Source: Octopus bimaculoides
Taxonomy: Eukaryota
DNA length: 63,707 bases
Reading direction: 5' to 3'
Assembly (NCBI RefSeq): GCF_001194135.2
Contig: NC_069001.1
Location: forward strand, 9,742,340 to 9,806,046
The notes beneath the pieces were generated by a model, which was not told the DNA's origin, searched no databases, and was given only the letters and a program-made list of their open reading frames with translations. Every line of letters begins with the position of its first letter. Position 1 is the stretch's first letter. Positions 25,427 through 37,630 of the stretch are shown here, in pieces. The position numbers were made by a program, and so were the translations under genes.

Positions 25427-26271
25427 ATAAGTGTTTGTGTTCGATCTGTGTATATATGAATATAATCAGAGTGAGAGAGAGAGAGAGACAGAGAAGTTGG
25501 TGGTTGAGTAGAGAGGGATTAAGGCCGAAGGGTTTTCATAACCATTGTTTAGGACTGGTGTTGGATGAATGGTAAACACAAGATATTATCGAATAGCTCG
25601 ATATCGGGTGAACTATATGTTACAAACACGAGTATTACACTCCTGGCACATGTGTTTATATTATATATCACGTCATGCTCTATAGAAGAAGCGAGAATGA
25701 GAACGAAAGGCAAGGAGTCTGAAGAAGAAGAAGGGAGAGGTTAAAAGATGCATAAGTGAATTTATATCTATATATANNNNNNNNNNNNNNNNNNNNNNNN
25801 NNNNNNNNNNNNNNNNNNNNNNNNNNNNNNNNNNNNNNNNNNNNNNNNNNNNNNNNNNNNNNNNNNNNNNNNNNNNNNNNNNNNNNNNNNNNNNNNNNNN
25901 NNNNNNNNNNNNNNNNNNNNNNNNNNNNNNNNNNNNNNNNNNNNNNNNNNNNNNNNNNNNNNNNNNNNNNNNNNNNNNNNNNNNNNNNNNNNNNNNNNNN
26001 NNNNNNNNNNNNNNNNNNNNNNNNNNNNNNNNNNNNNNNNNNNNNNNNNNNNNNNNNNNNNNNNNNNNNNNNNNNNNNNNNNNNNNNNNNNNNNNNNNNN
26101 NNNNNNNNNNNNNNNNNNNNNNNNNNNNNNNNNNNNNNNNNNNNNNNNNNNNNNNNNNNNNNNNNNNNNNNNNNNNNNNNNNNNNNNNNNNNNNNNNNNN
26201 NNNNNNNNNNNNNNNNNNNNNNNNNNNNNNNNNNNNNNNNNNNNNNNNNNNTATATATATATATATATATA

Positions 26272-26486
26272 TTCTTTTAGTGCTTCGGTCATTTTGATTG
26301 CGGCCAAGCTGGGGCATGGCCATTTAGTCGAAGAGATCGACACCTGCACTTATTCTTGCCTGGTACTTATTCTATCGGTCTGTTTTGCTGAACCAATATG
26401 CTACGGGGACGTAAACACACCAAGATCGGTTGTCGAGCGATGTTGGAGGGACAGACACGGATACACACACACACACACATACACAT

Positions 26487-26527
<41 letters not shown>

Positions 26528-26600
26528 CGACAGACTTCTTTCAGCTTCCGTCTACCAAATCCACTCACAAGGCTTTGGTCAACCTGAGGCTATAGAAGAA
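26272..26600 (-). mobile_element. SINE-A, 5'-truncated
   Basis: Tail plus internal microsatellite plus partial CORE flank (CCGTCTACCAAATCCACTCACAAGGCTTTGGTC). Confidence 0.85.
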
Positions 26601-27440
26601 GGAACTTTACAACATTTAACTTGAGATAAACATAGCTGCCCTAACATACAATTTCCTGAAATGCCTAAGCTGCTTCTACTATTTTAAAGTCCATTAAAGA
26701 CATACCATAAGGCCACAATTTTTCATGCACTTGGAAGTAGGCATTTTCCATGACNNNNNNNNNNNNNNNNNNNNNNNNNNNNNNNNNNNNNNNNNNNNNN
26801 NNNNNNNNNNNNNNNNNNNNNNNNNNNNNNNNNNNNNNNNNNNNNNNNNNNNNNNNNNNNNNNNNNNNNNNNNNNNNNNNNNNNNNNNNNNNNNNNNNNN
26901 NNNNNNNNNNNNNNNNNNNNNNNNNNNNNNNNNNNNNNNNNNNNNNNNNNNNNNNNNNNNNNNNNNNNNNNNNNNNNNNNNNNNNNNNNNNNNNNNNNNN
27001 NNNNNNNNNNNNNNNNNNNNNNNNNNNNNNNNNNNNNNNNNNNNNNNNNNNNNNNNNNNNNNNNNNNNNNNNNNNNNNNNNNNNNNNNNNNNNNNNNNNN
27101 NNNNNNNNNNNNNNNNNNNNNNNNNNNNNNNNNNNNNNNNNNNNNNNNNNNNNNNNNNNNNNNNNNNNNNNNNNNNNNNNNNNNNNNNNNNNNNNNNNNN
27201 NNNNNNNNNNNNNNNNNNNNNNNNNNNNNNNNNNNNNNNNNNNNNCTATGAAAGCCTCGCTTCCAGAAACGTGCAGCACACTCCCCCACCGACTGTCTAC
27301 CACGGCTCCGCCTCCACCGCCCGAGCATGCCGGAACACAGTCGGGTCCCCCTCCCCCCGGGATGCAGATATGGGAACCGATATTAAGGAAGGATAGGAAA
27401 ATATTAGATTTATAAGCCCTAAAATTCACTCCATAATTGC

Positions 27441-27508
27441 CCACGGGCATATGGTTAAGAGCACGAGCTACTAACCCCAAGACTCCGAGTTCGATTCCAG
27501 GCAGTGAC
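27441..27508 (+). promoter_or_regulatory. tRNA-like segment with Pol III B-box (A-box eroded)
   Basis: TGGTTAAGAGC D-arm-like stretch, CTACTAA loop, B-box GAGTTCGATTCC at 27487-27498. Confidence 0.6.
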
Positions 27509-27574
27509 ATGAATAATAATAATTACATCGAAAAATACCTTAGGAATGAGGACCCAGGTTCGGAATTTCCCCAA

Positions 27575-27620
27575 GACACCTGATGAAGGCTGGAGGGTAT
27601 GTCAGCCGAAACGTTGTATT
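27575..27620 (+). ncRNA. Minimal type I hammerhead ribozyme motif, core intact
   Basis: GACAC (27575-79), CUGAUGA (27580-86), extra A, GGCUG/CAGCC stem II, GAAA (27608-11), C-G-U-U (cleavage triplet GUU), GUAUU stem I partner with one mismatch. Confidence 0.68.
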
Positions 27621-27677
27621 AACAACAAACAAGATGAGAACAAATATCCGTCAAATGTAAATAATGTAACTAATATT

Positions 27678-27891
27678 GATTTCTAATTTTGACCGAAAAC
27701 CAGCAATTTCAGGGCGCGGGGTGAGTGGAAGACATCGATCCCAATGATCAACTGGTTCTTATTTTATCGACCCCGAATTGATGAAAGGCAAAGTCAACCA
27801 CAACGAAATTTGAACTCAGAACATGAAAACGGGTGGAATACCGCAAAACATTTTGCCCGGCGTGCTAATGATTCTGCCAGCTCGCCGCCTT
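27678..27891 (-). mobile_element. SINE-B
   Basis: Core and head motifs as in other B copies. Confidence 0.85.
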
Positions 27892-28610
27892 AAATGATAG
27901 AGAAGCAATACCTATTGGCCTAATAAGCAGATATATTAACTTCTGCTTGATTTCTATTCCCGATAGCATCAATTTCGGCTGATATCTATTTAATTTTTAC
28001 AATCTTTTTAATTATCTTCATTAGTTATCTGAAGCTCTGAAATAGCAAATAAGAACAACACAAACAACAAAGAATAATTGCGTACATTCCTGCGCGAAAG
28101 TTCTGTTGATTAGTCATGGAGAAAATGATCTTAAACGTATTATGATGGAGAAAAGGAAACTGATTGAAGATAAACAAATGTGTCTTAATATTTAAATATG
28201 TTGAGTGGGAGAAATAGCTAGCGAAAGTTGTCTGTCAGCAAAAAATCGTTCTACACAAAGGTCAAGTTCCGGGGCAATGTCTTAAATTGAAGTGTAAAAA
28301 GGTCAGCAAATCAAAACAAAATTCGAAAAGACTTTTGGTGGTTTACTGCGTTGGCGAAAATATATTTGTTTACTAAAGTTTGTATTCCTGCAAGGGACGA
28401 GAATCCGAATGTTTTGAAAGATCAAGTTTTAACTGTCGGTCCACAACATGCTGATGTATGCACATTACGAAAACCACCCAACTATAAGACTTGCACTGAT
28501 ATGATATAATATGCTATCGATTTGTGTCTTATATTGGTGCAGGGCAGCACATCTGTAGAGAGGCAGCGAGAGATGGGAGATATAATTGATTTAATGTAAC
28601 CCGTTGTATA

Positions 28611-28752
28611 CTTTCTGAGTTCAAATTCTACCGAAGTCGACTTTGAATTTCGTCATTTCAGTGTCGATAAATTAAGTACAAGTTGTGTCGATCTAATCGA
28701 CAGGTCCTTTCCCGCAACATTTCTGGCCTTGTTCCTAGAGTAGAAAAGAATA
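28611..28752 (+). mobile_element. SINE-B 3' part
   Basis: TTCTGAGTTCAAATTCTACCGAAGTCGACTTTG...GTCGATAAATTAAGTAC. Confidence 0.8.
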
Positions 28753-28921
28753 TACCCCGTTGTATGACTGGTACTAATTTGTAGACTTTAATATAAAAAG
28801 GTTAATGAGATTTCTTTGTGGGAAATGAAATGCAAATATTATTTCGATAAGATTTCAACTTAGGGCTTCCAACACGGTTTCTCGATCATTTAGATTTACC
28901 ATACTTAATTTTCAACTTCCT

Positions 28922-29140
28922 GCAGCGAGCTGACAGAATCGTTAGCACGCTGAACGAAATGCTTAGCGGTATTTCGCCCGTCGCTACATTCTGAGTTCAA
29001 ATTCCGCCGAGGTCGACTTTGTCTTTCATCCTTTCAGGGTCGATAAATTAAATATCAGTTGAATACTGGGGATGGATATAATCGACTTACTCCCTCCCTC
29101 CCCCAAAATTTCAGGCCTTGTACCTTTAGCAGAACGGATT
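28922..29140 (+). mobile_element. SINE-B, full length
   Basis: Head, core, CCCCAAAATTTCAGGCCTTG tail, then (ATT)n. Confidence 0.92.
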
Positions 29141-29171
29141 ATTATTATTATTATTATTATTGATATTGCTA

Positions 29172-29398
29172 TTGGGTTGTCCGGAAAGTTCGTGCCGATT
29201 TATAGTAGCTTACCTTTCGACTCATTTGCCATGGAACCACTTCAATTCGGGGAAGAGGATATTTTCAAGTTAAAGGTACGATGGAGACGCATTGTGCAAC
29301 AAATTGATTTATATTTGGTTGATTAAAAATGTCATGGCAAGTATTTATTGACCCTTTCTTTCCTTTAAAAATCGGCACGAATTTTCCGGACAACCCAA
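29172..29398 (+). mobile_element. Mariner-derived MITE, 227 bp
   Basis: 30-bp TIRs TTGGGTTGTCCGGAAAGTTCGTGCCGATTT and AAATCGGCACGAATTTTCCGGACAACCCAA; TA on both sides; the interior retains the transposase C-terminus (IFKLKVRWRRIVQQIDLYLVD*). Confidence 0.92.
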
Positions 29399-30446
29399 TA
29401 TTATTGTGGTTGTTGTTATTACTGGATTTTGTTATATGATAGAAAATTTCGCCATATCAAATAGATGTATACGATTTATAATAAATTAATATAGATTAAA
29501 ACAAATTATAGTTTATGTAAAATTACGGTTTCTGAAATATTATTGTTTACTGCATATTTTAAATAGTTTTCGTTTATCGTGCTGTTCGTTAAGCTATATA
29601 TGTATCCATATTTTTCTTTACACACACACATACACACTCCTATAAGCCCACATACGTGTATACAAAAAGGGGTTGTGACGGAGACGGGGTACTTTTAAAT
29701 TAGGCTAAAATTAGGCTTTCCTTTTTATCTTAAAAGTTTTATTCAAGTAGAACTAATTAATGACCAGATGGCAAATCGTTTAAAAGAAATAAAGAGTATG
29801 ATGAATGTACTAACTTGGTAATGTAACAGTTAATGAAAAAATATTCTGTTACCAACAGTTTTAATGATAACTTATGAAATATAATATAGTGAAACTAAGC
29901 GTTTTATCGCCGCATGGTTTAGTGCGATTGAAAAGTCGATTTACTTTTTGAAAAAAGAATTATCATAATATAAGGAAATGTACGAAATATATGCTGGAAG
30001 CTGAAAAAAAATTTGCAATTTGTAATTATAAGGAATTTGTGTGTGTTAATTGTGGTTAGCAGTAATGGAATTTTAAGGTCTGTTTAAATGACGTTTTTCA
30101 TGATTGAATCCAACTTGAACATCTAAATAAATTTAAACATATATATCCGGTTAATAACATGTTTGATAATGTACACACAGACACACACACACACGTATAT
30201 GTTCTGTGAATGTTTATGTATTAAAATATTTTTATAGTTAATATATAACTGAAAAACGACGAAGTTAATCGTAACGTTTTAATATTATAACGTGTCTAAA
30301 AACAGCTAGTGGAAAGGATAATGGTTATTCCACAATTGTTTAAGCATGCATAGAAGACAGGGAAACCCAAATACATAAAATATACGCATGTGTAAATGTT
30401 TGAGTGTGTGTCTGTGTGCATGTATATATATATATAAATATATATA

Positions 30447-30682
30447 CAGTAATCGCTCACCATATCGCGGTTCACCTGTCGCGGTTCCCCTACAGTTGCG
30501 ATTCATTTAACGTGCATTATTATTTAAGTTTACGTCGATTCCTCTGAGGTGTTGGCTTGCGTTTATAATGCAATAAATGTATACAAATTATAACGAAAAA
30601 AAAAAACTTACTGTACAGTACTGTTTCTGCTTCGCAGATTTTCATTTATCGCAGTAACACCTGCGATAGTCGAGGAATTGCA
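30447..30682. mobile_element. Tigger/pogo-like MITE, diverged
   Basis: TA-CAGTAATCGCTCACCATATCGCGG left end with repeated TCGCGG motifs; right end CCTGCGATAGTCGAGGAATTGC is a degenerate inverted match. Confidence 0.6.
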
Positions 30683-30684
30683 CA

Positions 30685-30717
<33 letters not shown>

Positions 30718-30754
30718 CGCACACTCTCATATATATATATATATATATATTATT

Positions 30755-30920
30755 ATGCTTAATGGTATTTTGCCCGCCGCTACGGTCTGAGTTCAAATTC
30801 CGCCGGGGTCGACTCTGCCTTTCATCCTATCGGGGTCGATAAAATAAGTACCAGTTTCGCACTGGGGTCGATGTAATCGACTTAATCCCCTTCCCGCAAG
30901 CTGCCCGTGCCACAAAAATT
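30755..30920 (+). mobile_element. SINE-B, 5'-truncated
   Basis: CTGAGTTCAAATTCCGCCGGGGTCGACTCTGCCTTTCATCC core. Confidence 0.88.
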
Positions 30921-30981
30921 ATTATCATTATTATCAAAATTATTATAATAATAATTATCATCATCATCATTATTATTTTTA

Positions 30982-31209
30982 AAGGTGGTCAGCTGGCAAA
31001 ATCATTACCGTGCCGGAAAAAATGATTAGCGATGCTTCTTCCGATTTCGTGGTCTTAGTTCAAATGCCACCGCGGTCGACTTATCCTCTTATCCTCTCGA
31101 GGTCGATAAAATGAGTACCAATTAAGCACCGGGGACCGATGCAATCAACTAGCTCTCTCTCTCTCTCTCTCTCAAAATTTCAGGCATTGAGCCTACAGTG
31201 CGAAGGATT
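30982..31209 (+). mobile_element. SINE-B
   Basis: Head and core; an internal (CT)n precedes the AAATTTCAGGC tail. Confidence 0.82.
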
Positions 31210-31740
31210 TTTATACTTGTTACTCTACAATATTTCAACTTGATATTGCAGTAAATTGTTCTTAAAAGTATTTCCAAATGGGAAACACTGATGTTTTGAA
31301 GTAAGAAAATGATCTGTAGTTAGAGAGGAAACGACATCGTTTTCATCAGTACGGCACATGTGGATGTTACTTTAAAAATTACTAAAGTATATGCAGCTAT
31401 ATCATTCATTTCGTGTTAGGTATATATTTTATCTTCTCGTGATCATTACTTCTCATTAAGGTCTCATTAAAATAGGAACCATTATCTTTTAATGTTCTTT
31501 CATTAATTGAGATTCAAAATTTCGATTGCGATGTCTCTTACGAGAATATTTAATAATTATAGATTTAGTTTAGATAAAATTATTTATTTTCTATAAGGAT
31601 ACATTAAGTTTATTAAGGTGGGGGAAATAATGACAATGGTTAAAATTTAGAACAAGCTCAAGAAAATTAACCATTTGTATTTTTCTATCAAACGTGCCTT
31701 GCTATACTCAAAAAGACCTGTTCTCCACAGAAGAATTGTC

Positions 31741-31996
31741 AGTGCTACGTCACCTGCCGAGGTGCCACTAAAAAACCACCCGTACTGGCGACACATAAAA
31801 GGCACTAGTGCTGGCTCCACGTAATAGCAGCTGTGCCTGTATCAAGTAGAAAGCATTAGGAAGGACATCCAGCCGTAAAAACCAAGCCAGTCAGACTCTA
31901 CACTGGTGCAAGCCTCTGGCCTTCTTGACCAACTCTGGTCAAACCATCCAACCCATGCCAGCTTAGAAAACAGATATTGAAATATCATGATGATGA
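31741..31996 (+). mobile_element. 3' UTR/end of an RTE-like LINE
   Basis: TAGGAAGGACATCCAGCCGTAAAAACC...CAAACCATCCAACCCATGCCAGC, ending in a (TGA)n tail; preceded by TGCTGG.CCACGTAA-type repeats. Clade assignment is from memory. Confidence 0.6.
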
Positions 31997-32450
31997 GGAC
32001 GGTTATATATGATGGTGTGATAGTGAGGTAGTAATTCCTACAAGTTTTCCAAGTTCTATATCAAACGCAGTGGAATCAATGGTAGTGAAAAAAAAAAGTC
32101 ATCCTGTTGTAAGGCACTACATATATTCGGGAAATACTTATTTAATTAATTTAAGAGGAATAACTTCAGCAAAGCAGTAACCTAAGCTGAATCGAAGTGT
32201 CCGTAGTAACATCAAAATTCTCTAATCTAGACTTTATGCACTTTTCACATCTGCAATTACTATAGCATTTACATTGAAGTAAGAATTATTTGCTGTTAAA
32301 CTCATGTTTGAAATTCAGCACTGCAATCGGTAGATAATTCGTAGGAAAAACATATTTTAAAAACACGTACACACATACACGCATAACAGATCTATATAGG
32401 TCTATGTATATATGCACATATATATGTATATGTGTGTATATAGGGTCACA

Positions 32451-32658
32451 TTGTTTTACATGCTCTAGTCATTTGATTGCAGCCATGCTGGAGCACATGT
32501 TTTTGTGGGCTTTAATCGAACAAATCAACCTCAGGACTTATATCTTAAAGCCTAGTACTTATTGTCTCTGGATCTCGTTTGCCAAACCGTTAGGTTATAG
32601 GAACATTAACAACCCAGCAACGGTTGTCAAGCTGTGATAAGGGCACAAACAGCGACAC
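32451..32658 (-). mobile_element. SINE-A tail
   Basis: CAGTCATTTGA..GCAGCCATGCTGGAGCAC...AAGCCTAGTACTTATT; the head is probably lost in the adjacent gap. Confidence 0.82.
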
Positions 32659-32805
32659 AACGACACATACCCATAGAAACACACACACACACACACACAC
32701 GCACACTCATATACACACACACAAACACACTCATGTATGATGTATATATACATACATATATATACATATATACATATATGTATACATATATACATATATA
32801 CATAT

Positions 32806-32852
<47 letters not shown>

Positions 32853-33835
32853 NNNNNNNNNNNNNNNNNNNNNNNNNNNNNNNNNNNNNNNNNNNNNNNN
32901 NNNNNNNNNNNNNNNNNNNNNNNNNNNNNNNNNNNNNNNNNNNNNNNNNNNNNNNNNNNNNNNNNNNNNNNNNNNNNNNNNNNNNNNNNNNNNNNNNNNN
33001 NNNNNNNNNNNNNNNNNNNNNNNNNNNNNNNNNNNNNNNNNNNNNNNNNNNNNNNNNNNNNNNNNNNNNNNNNNNNNNNNNNNNNNNNNNNNNNNNNNNN
33101 NNNNNNNNNNNNNNNNNNNNNNNNNNNNNNNNNNNNNNNNNNNNNNNNNNNNNNNNNNNNNNNNNNNNNNNNNNNNNNNNNNNNNNNNNNNNNNNNNNNN
33201 NNNNNNNNNNNNNNNNNNNNNNNNNNNNNNNNNNNNNNNNNNNNNNNNNNNNNNNNNNNNNNNNNNNNNNNNNNNNNNNNNNNNNNNNNNNNNNNNNNNN
33301 NNNNNNNNNNNNNNNNNNNNNNNNNNNNNNNNNNNNNNNNNNNNNNNNNNNNNNNNNNNNNNNNNNNNNNNNNNNNNNNNNNNNNNNNNNNNNNNNNNNN
33401 NNNNNNNNNNNNNNNNNNNNNNNNNNNNNNNNNNNNNNNNNNNNNNNNNNNNNNNNNNNNNNNNNNNNNNNNNNNNNNNNNNNNNNNNNNNNNNNNNNNN
33501 NNNNNNNNNNNNNNNNNNNNNNNNNNNNNNNNNNNNNNNNNNNNNNNNNNNNNNNNNNNNNNNNNNNNNNNNNNNNNNNNNNNNNNNNNNNNNNNNNNNN
33601 NNNNNNNNNNNNNNNNNNNNNNNNNNNNNNNNNNNNNNNNNNNNNNNNNNNNNNNNNNNNNNNNNNNNNNNNNNNNNNNNNNNNNNNNNNNNNNNNNNNN
33701 NNNNNNNNNNNNNNNNNNNNNNNNNNNNNNNNNNNNNNNNNNNNNNNNNNNNNNNNNNNNNNNNNNNNNNNNNNNNNNNNNNNNNNNNNNNNNNNNNNNN
33801 NNNNNNNNNNNNNNNNNNNNNNNNNNNNNNNNNNN

Positions 33836-33972
33836 TGTGTTTCAGCCAAGTGGCTGCGGTCATGCTGGTGCACCACCGTATATATATATACAAAGAATAA
33901 GTCCTGGGGTCGATTTGCTCGACTAAAGCAGGTGCCCCAGCATGGCCACAGTCAGATTACTGGATGACTGAA

Positions 33973-33974
<2 letters not shown>
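33836..33974. mobile_element. Two SINE-A tail fragments in opposite orientation
   Basis: Minus-strand tail 33836-33878 and plus-strand tail 33891-33974 separated by (TA)n. Confidence 0.78.
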
Positions 33975-34027
<53 letters not shown>

Positions 34028-34043
34028 CATATAATTATATATA

Positions 34044-34264
34044 CGAGTGAGGGTGTCCTGAAAAGTTGCAGGCTTTGGGTAGAAGAAAATATAAAAAGAT
34101 CAGTCAATTATGATTTTACTCAAAATATTCCCCTCGCAGATTCACACATTTATTACAGCGGCCCTTCAATTTTTCTAAGCCTTGTAAAAGCACTGGAAAT
34201 GTTGCTCCTCCAACCAGGCGTTTTGGGACACCATTAACGCCAAGAACTTTTCAGCAACCTCTCG
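34044..34264. mobile_element. Mariner-type MITE, 221 bp (irritans-like CGAG termini)
   Basis: TA-CGAG...CTGAAAAGTT and AACTTTTCAGCAACCTCTCG-TA; partial copies at 20090 and 63378. Confidence 0.85.
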
Positions 34265-34567
34265 TATACATGTAAGATTATGTATGTGTATTCGGTGTAT
34301 TTTTCGTATCTGTTTTCAATAATACATCATGAAATATTTTCCCGATAAATTGTTAACTAGTTAACAGTTACATAAAAATGTCTGCTTCATTAGAGAATTG
34401 TTTACATTACACAAACATGACAGCCAATTTACAGAAATGATATATCTCCAGTTATGAGAGCTAAATGTAATGAAACGCTCTACAGATTTACGAGGTTTAT
34501 TCCAGAAGTTTAGAGATTTTTTATAGGAGAGACAATTAGAACTCTTTTAGCCAATTGTAATTTTAGT

Positions 34568-34938
34568 TGTTTGTTGTTGGCACTCCGTCGCTTACAACGT
34601 CGAGGGTTCCAGTTGATCCGATGAACGGAAAAGCCTGCTCGTGAAATTAACGTGCAAGTGGCTGAGCACTCCACAGAAACGTGTACCCTTAACGTAGTTC
34701 TCGGGGATATTCAGCGTGACGCAGTGTGACAAGGCTAACCCCCTTGAATTACAGGCACAACAGAAACGGGAAGTAAGAGTGAGAGAAAATTGAGGTGAAA
34801 GAGTACAGCAGGGTTCGCCACCATACCGTGCCGAATCCTCGTGGAGCTTTAGGTGTTTTCGCTCAATAAACACTGACAGCGCCCGGTCTGGGAATCGAAA
34901 CCGCGATCCTATGATCGCATGTCCGCTGCCTTAACCAC
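34568..34938 (-). mobile_element. SINE-C, slightly 5'-truncated, 12-bp TSD
   Basis: TGTAATTTTAGT is duplicated at 34556-34567 and 34939-34950. Confidence 0.92.
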
Positions 34939-35205
34939 TGTAATTTTAGTATAACATTACTATACATCTAATAAGCTGACATATCACCTTTTGTCATTTC
35001 AGATTTAAGGAGACTGCCGTAACAGTAGTTTCAGCTGACCCTATTAAACACTGCTGGTCACGGTTGACGAATTGGCTGAATGCAGTTGGGATGTGTCATG
35101 CTAAAAATGCTTCAGCCGCAAAAGCTTCTGTATCACCTCAACAATGGGGGCTATCCGGTTGGCGCATCTTGCCAAAATTGTTTCAGATGAAATGGCTGGT
35201 AAAAA

Positions 35206-35295
35206 TGAGTAACCCTACGATGGACCGGGGTCTCGTCCAGGTGGAGAGTATATATGCCACAAAAATTCAGAAACTGGGAACCCGGCCCTTATGAG
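35206..35295 (+). mobile_element. Fragment resembling a V-domain SINE 3' region
   Basis: GTAACCCTACGATGGAC.GG..TC.CGTCCAGG.GGAG...CAGAAACTGGG...CCGGCCC resembles V-SINE-type tails (from memory). Confidence 0.4.
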
Positions 35296-35694
35296 ACGTT
35301 ACACTAGAGAAAATACTTTTACCTAACTTTCTCTAACTTTCAGACATACTAAATATTTATCAGACAAGGCATTTACAGAAAGTACCCAACTAGATATCGT
35401 ATCGAACTGAGAAATACGTGGCTGGGTTCTGTGGCAAAATAGTTCATTACACGACTGGCATCCAAAGCTCGTTCCATAGAATATCAATCAAATAGCTGTT
35501 TATATTCAATAAAACATTATAAGATTTTATACGATATTCGTCGGTACATGCCATACTGTATGGTAATAGCAAAACAAAACAAACAACATACAGATATTAA
35601 CCTAATAGCCCCCATTTGATACCGAAGTGTATCTCAAACATAATCATATGAAATGTTACGCACAGACACTAACATCACACATTCTAGTATATAT

Positions 35695-35725
<31 letters not shown>

Positions 35726-36033
35726 CATGCATAAATATATATATATACATACATATACATACATACACACATAATATATATATATATATATATATANNNN
35801 NNNNNNATATATATATATATATATATATACATGCATAAATATATATATATACATACATATACATACATACACACATAATATATATATATATATATATATA
35901 TATGAATGTGTGTATGAATGTGTCTGTACTTTTGTATATGCGAGTGTACTTTTATATGTATATAAGTACATATATACATACATACATACATACACACACA
36001 CTTACACATTTTACACACACACATACACACACT

Positions 36034-36125
<92 letters not shown>

Positions 36126-36794
36126 CATGTGTATATGGTAACCATCTAATTTGAAATCCAATACTAATTAATTGGTTCTCAAATTTTCTGATTAATTATA
36201 AATACAAAATTTAAATCCCACATCCACCTAATAATTTACAGAAATAATTTAATCGGTTATATTGCTGAGAAATTCGTTTATTTTTTTTTTTTTTGCTTTC
36301 TAATTTCAATAATCATGTGGTAATTTTCATTTTGAGATATTAATTAACAATCAAATTAAATTTTTGAAAAATACTCCTCGTTGGCAATTTCCTCGGTTAC
36401 ATTTGGGTATAAAACTAAATCTATTAATTATTCTAATCAAGCTAGAAATAAACTGTTGTTCTGGGAGTGGGGTATCAGTTATATTTATTTTTATCAAATA
36501 CTAATTAAGAATATACTCGGTCAATTATTAATCAAAATTAATCAACGTAGAATTAGTTACGCAATACACAGTACACATAAAAATCTTCAGTTGACTGTAG
36601 AGATACTCAGTCTATGATATGCATGCAAGAAACACCAGCTAAGTCTACCTCAAATGGCTCTGTATTGTCTGGAATATGACAAGGGTGGTACAGTCATATG
36701 TATTTGTAACAACGGCTGGGTGGTCACAGAAGGACCGATTTTGATCGCATATCGCCTGGATCAGTGCAGAACTATTTCAAGACAATAAAATAAA

Positions 36795-36895
36795 CAGGAG
36801 TGGCTGTGTGGTAAGGAGCTTGCTTACCAACCACATGGTTCTGGGTTCAGTCCCACTGCGTGGCACCTTGGGCAAGTGTCTTCTACTACAGCCTC
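36795..36895 (+). mobile_element. SINE-A head only, 3'-truncated
   Basis: Nearly identical to 3523-3622, then ends abruptly. Confidence 0.9.
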
Positions 36896-37386
36896 TTTAG
36901 TTGTCTGTCTTTCTCAGTGAGACATTGTTTGTGTGTCTGTCGGACAGCTGTCAGTCTGTCTCCTCTCAGACAGACAATCTGACTCGTTCTATGCATCAAT
37001 CCATCTACCTGTCTTTCTGTGTGTCCATACTTTCACGACGAGGCCAATATTTTTGGAATCACTACTATAGAAAGCAGTTATCCAGGAATATTGTGGAAAA
37101 AAATGGTTATTGTCAGTAATCTATAACCATAATCAATATTGACTTTGACTTTGAGTTAGCGATGAGAACTTCAAGGTAGATTTCTCCAGTTATATGTAAC
37201 TATGATAAAATCAATGTCAGGTATGCACCTAAATTTGACATCATGGTGGTTGGAGTTAGCGTGTCATAGACAGAAGACATTGAAGGACATTTTGCTTTCC
37301 AATCCTAAGTTCTTATACCCACATAGAAACTATATTGGTAGTTGATGTGCGCGTGTGTGTGTGTGTATGTATGTATGTATGTATAT

Positions 37387-37620
37387 TTATTTCTTTATTG
37401 CCCACAAGGGGCTAAACATAGAGGGGACAAACAAGGACAGACAAAGGGATTAAGTCGATTACATCGAGACCAGTGCGTAACTGGTACTTATTTAATCGAC
37501 CCCGAAAGGATGAAAGGCAAAGTCGACCTTGGCGGAATTTGAACTCAGAATGCAAAGGCAGACGAAATACTGCTAAGCATTTCGCCTGGCGTGTTAACGC
37601 TTCTGCCAGCTCGCTGCCTC
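37387..37620 (-). mobile_element. SINE-B, full length
   Basis: CCCACAAGGGGCTAAAC tail, core and head. Confidence 0.93.
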
Positions 37621-37630
37621 ATAAGTGACA

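Larger units (their letters stand above)
27381..27670 (+). mobile_element. Element D, uninterrupted copy
   Basis: Shared 60-bp leader, tRNA-like segment, (AAT)n, body, hammerhead-type module, AAATGTAAATAATGTAA tail; homologous to the loci at 17.6-18.5 kb and 53.8-54.1 kb. Confidence 0.88.

Noticed and set aside
31325-31352. Minus-strand CTGATGA followed by a small hairpin
   Set aside because: No GAAA after the hairpin and no stem I/III; expected by chance.
35690-35900. Direct duplication flanking a 10-N gap
   Set aside because: Identical sequence on both sides of a minimal gap is typical of contig-overlap artefacts.
36618-36786. Short open frames (plus strand ...CICNNGW..., minus strand AICDQNRSFCDHP...) in a unique island
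   Set aside because: Under 60 codons, weak splice signals, and cysteine spacing insufficient for an EGF call.
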